A stretch of DNA of 64,000 nt from the human T2T-CHM13v2.0 reference genome, Homo sapiens: assembly GCF_009914755.1 (NCBI RefSeq), contig NC_060935.1. One strand, written 5' to 3'. A model generated the notes under the pieces. The model saw nothing but the letters and a program-made list of their open reading frames with translations. It was not told where the DNA came from and made no database searches. A program made the position numbers and the translations under genes. This document shows, one piece after another, positions 59,236 through 64,000 of the stretch (positions are counted from its first letter, which is position 1; the number at the start of each line of letters is the position of its first letter).

Positions 59236-59972
59236 CTTTTTAGGCCCATCCCATCACTGAAACTATTGGAGGATCCTCGGCAGGAGTATTTTTCAGGCCC
59301 TGGAAAGGTGGTTGGAGTAAAAGACCTTTTAAGAGTCTTTCCAGTCCCAAGAGCCTGTGTCCATATATGTAGCAGACAGGCCTTGCAGGTTTTGAGCCTA
59401 CAATGTCAGCTCTTGCCCGCTGCCTCCTTTCCCCCACAACCTAGACAGAGGCCACACTCCCCTGTCAGATCCCAGCTCATGTTTACTGGCCTCTTCCTTC
59501 CAAATCTGGAATCTCAGCCATTTCCTGGAGCTGTTCCCGGAAGGCCAAGGCCAGGCTCTGGGGCTCAGCGGAAGAGTATCCAGCCTTTGTTCCCAATTGT
59601 TCCTGGCCAGCTTCTCTGCAGGGCCCCTAACCCAGCTGACGCCCTCCCTTCCTCCCCCTTCCCATCCTGGCTTCGGTGCCAGCCACAGACTAACAGCCTG
59701 CCAAGTAGAAGTCTCCTTCACTCCTCCTCTTTCCTCTCAAACTCAGACCAATACTGACAAAGACAGAACTGGAGCAAGGAAACACCATGGTCTCTACAAA
59801 CTGGGGAGTTTGCAGAGGCTAAAGAATAGGCAGAGTGAAAGTCATGGAGTGGCAGAGCTGGAAGGATAGGAATTGGGGCCAGAGAACAGAATGTCACTAC
59901 CCTTGGCACCTCTAATTCTGAAATCCCAAATTCTGTTCTCTGGCCCCAATTCCTACCCCAAATTCTGTGGGT

Positions 59973-60510
59973 GTATCCTTACACTAACCATAACTCCAAT
60001 CAGAGCCTTAATCCTCTATTTAAATCTTATCCCTGGATCCCAATCCTTATCCCTTTACCACCTGCTAGAGAGGAATGAAAACCCCGGGAGTCTCAGGACA
60101 CAGCAAGAAGCTGAGGACAGAGGGCAGTGGGGCTGCAGGCTGGAGAGGCTGAGTGAAGTGGAGCAGGGGTGGATTGTAACGCCCTGGTCCATTTCCCCAG
60201 GGGCAGATGGACCACTAGGTGGAGTAGGGTGGGAGACAAGAAGGACTCAGAGCGTCTGGGATAAGCTGGGAGATTCCCACAGGATGTGTCCATATTCAGC
60301 TCAGAGATGGATGAAATCAGCTTCTGTGGAGACCTTGGGCAAATCTGTAAAATGGAAATAGTAATAGTAGTTCTCTGTAAAATGGAAATAGTAATAGTAG
60401 TTCCTACCTTGAGGGATAAAGTAATGATGAAATACATAAAGCATAAAACCACTGGCATCCAGTGCCTGATGCATTATGAGTGATCCGTAAAGCTGAGCTA
60501 ACGTGTATTT
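59973..60510 (+). repeat. Direct duplication copy 2 (with internal 30-bp tandem duplication 60344-60403)
   Basis: Same start gtatccttacactaacca and end cattatgagtgatccgtaaagctgagc as copy 1. Confidence 0.93.
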
Positions 60511-60659
60511 ATTGTGGGGCAGGCAGAATGGAGTCGAGTTTATGGGGTCAAGGATCTGTGGGGCCAGAGTGATGAAGGGGAGATTCATGTGACACTGAAG
60601 TCAGCTGAGGATGAGACAGGAAAGGATGTGGTGGGATTGGAGGATTTACTGCACAGGAG

Positions 60660-61410
60660 GCCAATTTGGGATTTCCCAGGTACAAAGCCTCCAAGACTGT
60701 CTGACTCCCTGACTATCAGCTTATCAAGAATGTCACTGTCAGCAGTCTGCTTTTAGTCTCCTCTGCTTCTACATTGGTTTTGGGGACACTAATTAAGTGC
60801 TCGCTAATGTTTTAATGCCAACTGGATTTTACTCCAGTCTCCACAATCCAGAAAGACGCTAGGTTTCCCTCAGGGGAAAATAAGGCAAATCTCAAAGGAA
60901 TTCCAATCCATCACTAGCCCCGTCCTCAGCAGGGTGAGAAAGGAGAGGTGAAACGGTCTGTGTGCACCGCAGGGACAGAGCCCCAGAGGCTCCTGCAGCC
61001 CGAGGAATGTCCCCTGCCCCACAGTCACATGCCCCGTGCCTGGAGATCACCTTCAGCAGAGCCTCACCCTACTCCCAGGTTTTGGAGAGCTAGGTGCTAA
61101 CACCTGAAGGTGATTGGAGGGGCAGATTCCTCAGTTGTTCCTGCAGGACACTAGAACTTTTTCTCCAGGGCACTCAGAGTGACATGCGGTGGTGGCCGAG
61201 GGGACTTCCCAACAGTAGGGTATGTCTGGATGGCTCCCAGAGACTGCAGGGCTCATTTCCAGCAACCTGGTGCATCCGCATCCTCATTGTCTCATTTCCA
61301 CAAACTAAGGAAGAGCCGACTGCATGAGTCATGGGGATGATGTGGCTTGGTGGGAGCCGCCCCAATTGCTATTTCAGAGAAGCTCTGTTCTGGGGCTCTG
61401 GTGATGTGCT
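60660..61410 (-). promoter_or_regulatory. ROBO4: ROBO4 upstream enhancer region: NF-kB GGGATTTCCC 60668-60677 and GGGACTTCCC 61201-61210, AP-1 TGAGTCA 61325-61331, 12-bp inverted pair 60976-60987/61389-61400
   Basis: Motifs read directly; they match recalled ROBO4 promoter studies. Confidence 0.7.
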
Positions 61411-62659
61411 GTCCTGGTGACCAGTTTAAGCAGTGCCTTCCTTCATCCCTAGTTCTGGTGTTTTGTGTTTTCTAACTCCCCCTTCGTTGCTTGTAAGAGG
61501 GAGAAGAGAGGGGAAGCACCAGGTGCCCTTCTGAGCAAGCCTCCAGAGGAAATTTCTCTTCAATGTCTGGCTCCTGGCTTCTTTGGCTTTCTGCTCTGTG
61601 ATCTCTGAAGATGCAATCTGAGACTCCTGCTGGCCAAGCTGGTGGAGAAAAAGGGATAAACTCAGGTGGGATTTGGAGTCAGTTACACTGGGGTTGAGAT
61701 CCTGCTTCCACTTCTTATTGGCAGAGAAATCTTGAGTAAGTCACATAACCTCTCTGAGTCCCACTGCCCTCATTTGTAAAATGTCTGCATGAGGTTTACA
61801 GACAATGGACATGAAAGTTCTCTGAAAACACTAGATATGTGTTAGTTGTCCTTTGAGTGTTCTGGGATCAGCATGCCTGACCAACACAGCCATAGCCAGT
61901 CCCAGCTACCCCTTGATACTCTTTTTGGATTTGAGACTCACACTTTTTGCCTTCTTGTTTTTTCCCCTTTTTTGCTTGAGTCTGCTTGGTCTCAATCTAT
62001 AAATTCTCAAGTTTGTTCCAAGATGCCAACAGCTGGAGGGAAATTGAGTCAAGAGAGAAGACAGTAAAAACCTCCTCTTAGCTGGCTGGAAAACTCACCC
62101 TAAGGCCACTTCACTGGACAGCATCTATTCCCTAGTTTCTGGTCCCATCAACATCATGGGTGATTTTAGGTGCTTGGAATCTAAAATCACATCGAATACT
62201 CTCAACCCTACATTTTCTTAACTTTCTCGACACCAATGACTATGGATCACACCTAGCTTAAACATTGCCCAGTTGGAGATTTCAAGGGCTGCTGACATCA
62301 ATATTTAACCATTTGCTCACATGTCCAGGAAGAAGGGGAGATCTGTTACTGTGCTTTGTGTTCACCCTGTCAATGCCCTCCAGTCAAAGACCATCAGGAA
62401 CATACCTATTGTTGAACAAGTTGATTTACTTCTTGCAGCTTGAGAGAGTGCATGCCATGGAGAACTATGGAATGTCTAAGTAAGAGAGATGTTAGAAAGA
62501 ACCTATTCTAGGATTTGGGCTTTGATTGGGTGATTTCGTGGAGGGTCCAGGGAAGTGAGGCTTCACTCAAAATTGGGTGCTGTTGGGAAGAAAGGACATG
62601 CAATGATTCTTTGCAGAGGAGTGTCTTTGTAGTATATCAAGTGGGTCTTTTTCTTGAAT

Positions 62660-63840
62660 ATGTAGTATATCAAGTGGTTCTTTTTCTATTATAAACAGTG
62701 CTGCTCTGAATCTCTATTTTATATATCCCCTAGTATAACCAGTTAAGAGTTTCTCTAGAAAATAAACCTAGGAGTAGAATACCTAGGTCTTGAGATGTAC
62801 AAATATTCCACTTTTGATGAAATTAGCAGATGTTTCCCGAGTCAATTGTACCAATGTCCTTGAGCCACGTCCTCAGAGCAGTTGGTGGACTTCTTAATTT
62901 TTGCGACTTTACTAGAAGAAGTGATATTTTATAGTTGTCTAATTTGCATTGCCTCGTTAAAAAATAATGAAGCTGAGCATCTTTTCAAGGGTTTACTCAC
63001 AGTTTAGGTTTTATCTTCTGGGAAATATCTACTTCTACCTTTTGCCCACTTTTCTATTGCTTATTTGTCTTTTTCTCAATAACTCTTAGGAGTTTTTATG
63101 TATTCTGGGTAATAATTCTCTGTGGATTAAAGATGTTGTAAAAACAAGTTTGATCTCATATTTTATTTCTTTATGATATAACAGAAGTTGTTAATTTTAC
63201 TGTAAAGTTATTAATATTTATTTTTATGTTTAGTGTATTCTTTCTACTTTTAAAGAAAACTTCATCTACACTAAAGTAAATATATTATTCCATATTTTCT
63301 TCTAAAAGTTTAAACATTTTACACTACAATTTTTGAACTATCGCTAATTGATTATTTTATATGGCTTGATGTAGGGATATATTTTTTTCAGATGGTAGCC
63401 TATTATCCCAGCCCTATTCATTGCTTAATCCCAGTGACCTGCTATGATTCATTCATACATCAAATGTTCATGTATACATAGCTTGTTTCATTAACCTATT
63501 GTCTATTCCTGCATGAATACCACACTTTATCTATTACTAGAGCTATATAATAAGTTTTGCTATCTGGTAGGGTGTTTCTCCTCCCTCCTTTCTTTTTTCA
63601 GGAGTATCTTGGCTATTCTTGGGTCTTCTGCTTGTTAAGTTCTTTGAAAATATTGTGGAATTTTTATTGGAATTGTTTGAATCTATAGAAAGAACTAACA
63701 TTTAAGTCTTCATATTCAGGAACATGTGTACCTCTTTTTAACTTTAGATCTTCTACAATGTATTTTAATAAAGTTTTATAATTCACACTATATAGATTTT
63801 ACACATATTTTGCTAAATGTATTATTAGCATACTTGTTAA
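62660..63840 (-). mobile_element. Old L1 (L1ME-like) antisense fragment
   Basis: T-rich, antisense L1 ORF2 3' motifs (tcttggctattcttggg, ttgaatctatag). Confidence 0.65.
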
Positions 63841-63845
63841 ACATT

Positions 63846-64000
63846 GTGTTGCAGATTATCTGTAAAGATAGCTGCAATAATCCCTACCATCCTGATGCAT
63901 ATCCATTTACAATGCTTTTTTCCTGTCTCATGAAGAATAAAATCTATTTTCCAGCCCCCTGAAGCTGGGCTGGCCTTGTGAATTGCTTTGGCCCACAGAA
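63846..64000 (+). mobile_element. MaLR LTR (MLT1-like) start, truncated by window edge
   Basis: ctgggctggccttgtgaattgctttggcc motif. Confidence 0.55.

Noticed and set aside
62628-62687. 27-bp direct repeat with 6-nt spacer
   Set aside because: Only two copies at a repeat junction; not CRISPR-like, and the context is eukaryotic.

Overview
Primate, almost certainly human, genomic DNA from the ROBO3-ROBO4 tandem locus (chr11q24 from recalled knowledge). The window holds the complete ROBO3 gene on + (28 coding exons, ATG 26200, TGA ending 41874, 4161 nt = 1386 aa). It also holds the complete ROBO4 gene on - (18 coding exons, ATG 58415, stop ending 45511, 3024 nt = 1007 aa). The genes are convergent, tail to tail. 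I placed every exon by hand from GT-AG boundaries; the phases chain correctly and both frames are intact. The first ~25 kb has no gene: two orphan CpG-rich islands and homeodomain-motif-rich blocks (likely distal ROBO3 regulatory DNA), then a dense Alu/L1/L2/LTR field. The last ~5.5 kb is the ROBO4 promoter region, with ETS, SP1, NF-kB and AP-1 motifs and a ~0.5 kb direct duplication. This is a well-studied locus and I see no unambiguous new gene or system. The best leads are regulatory or RNA-level: a pyrimidine-free, recursive-splice-like acceptor at ROBO3 exon 6, a YCAY-flanked 24-nt microexon, and a repeated TAATTA+GATTAAT motif pair. Others are an intragenic CpG island, an LTR aimed antisense into the ROBO4 3' UTR, and exon-size evidence for how ROBO4 was derived. 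Repeat family names and boundaries are by eye and approximate.
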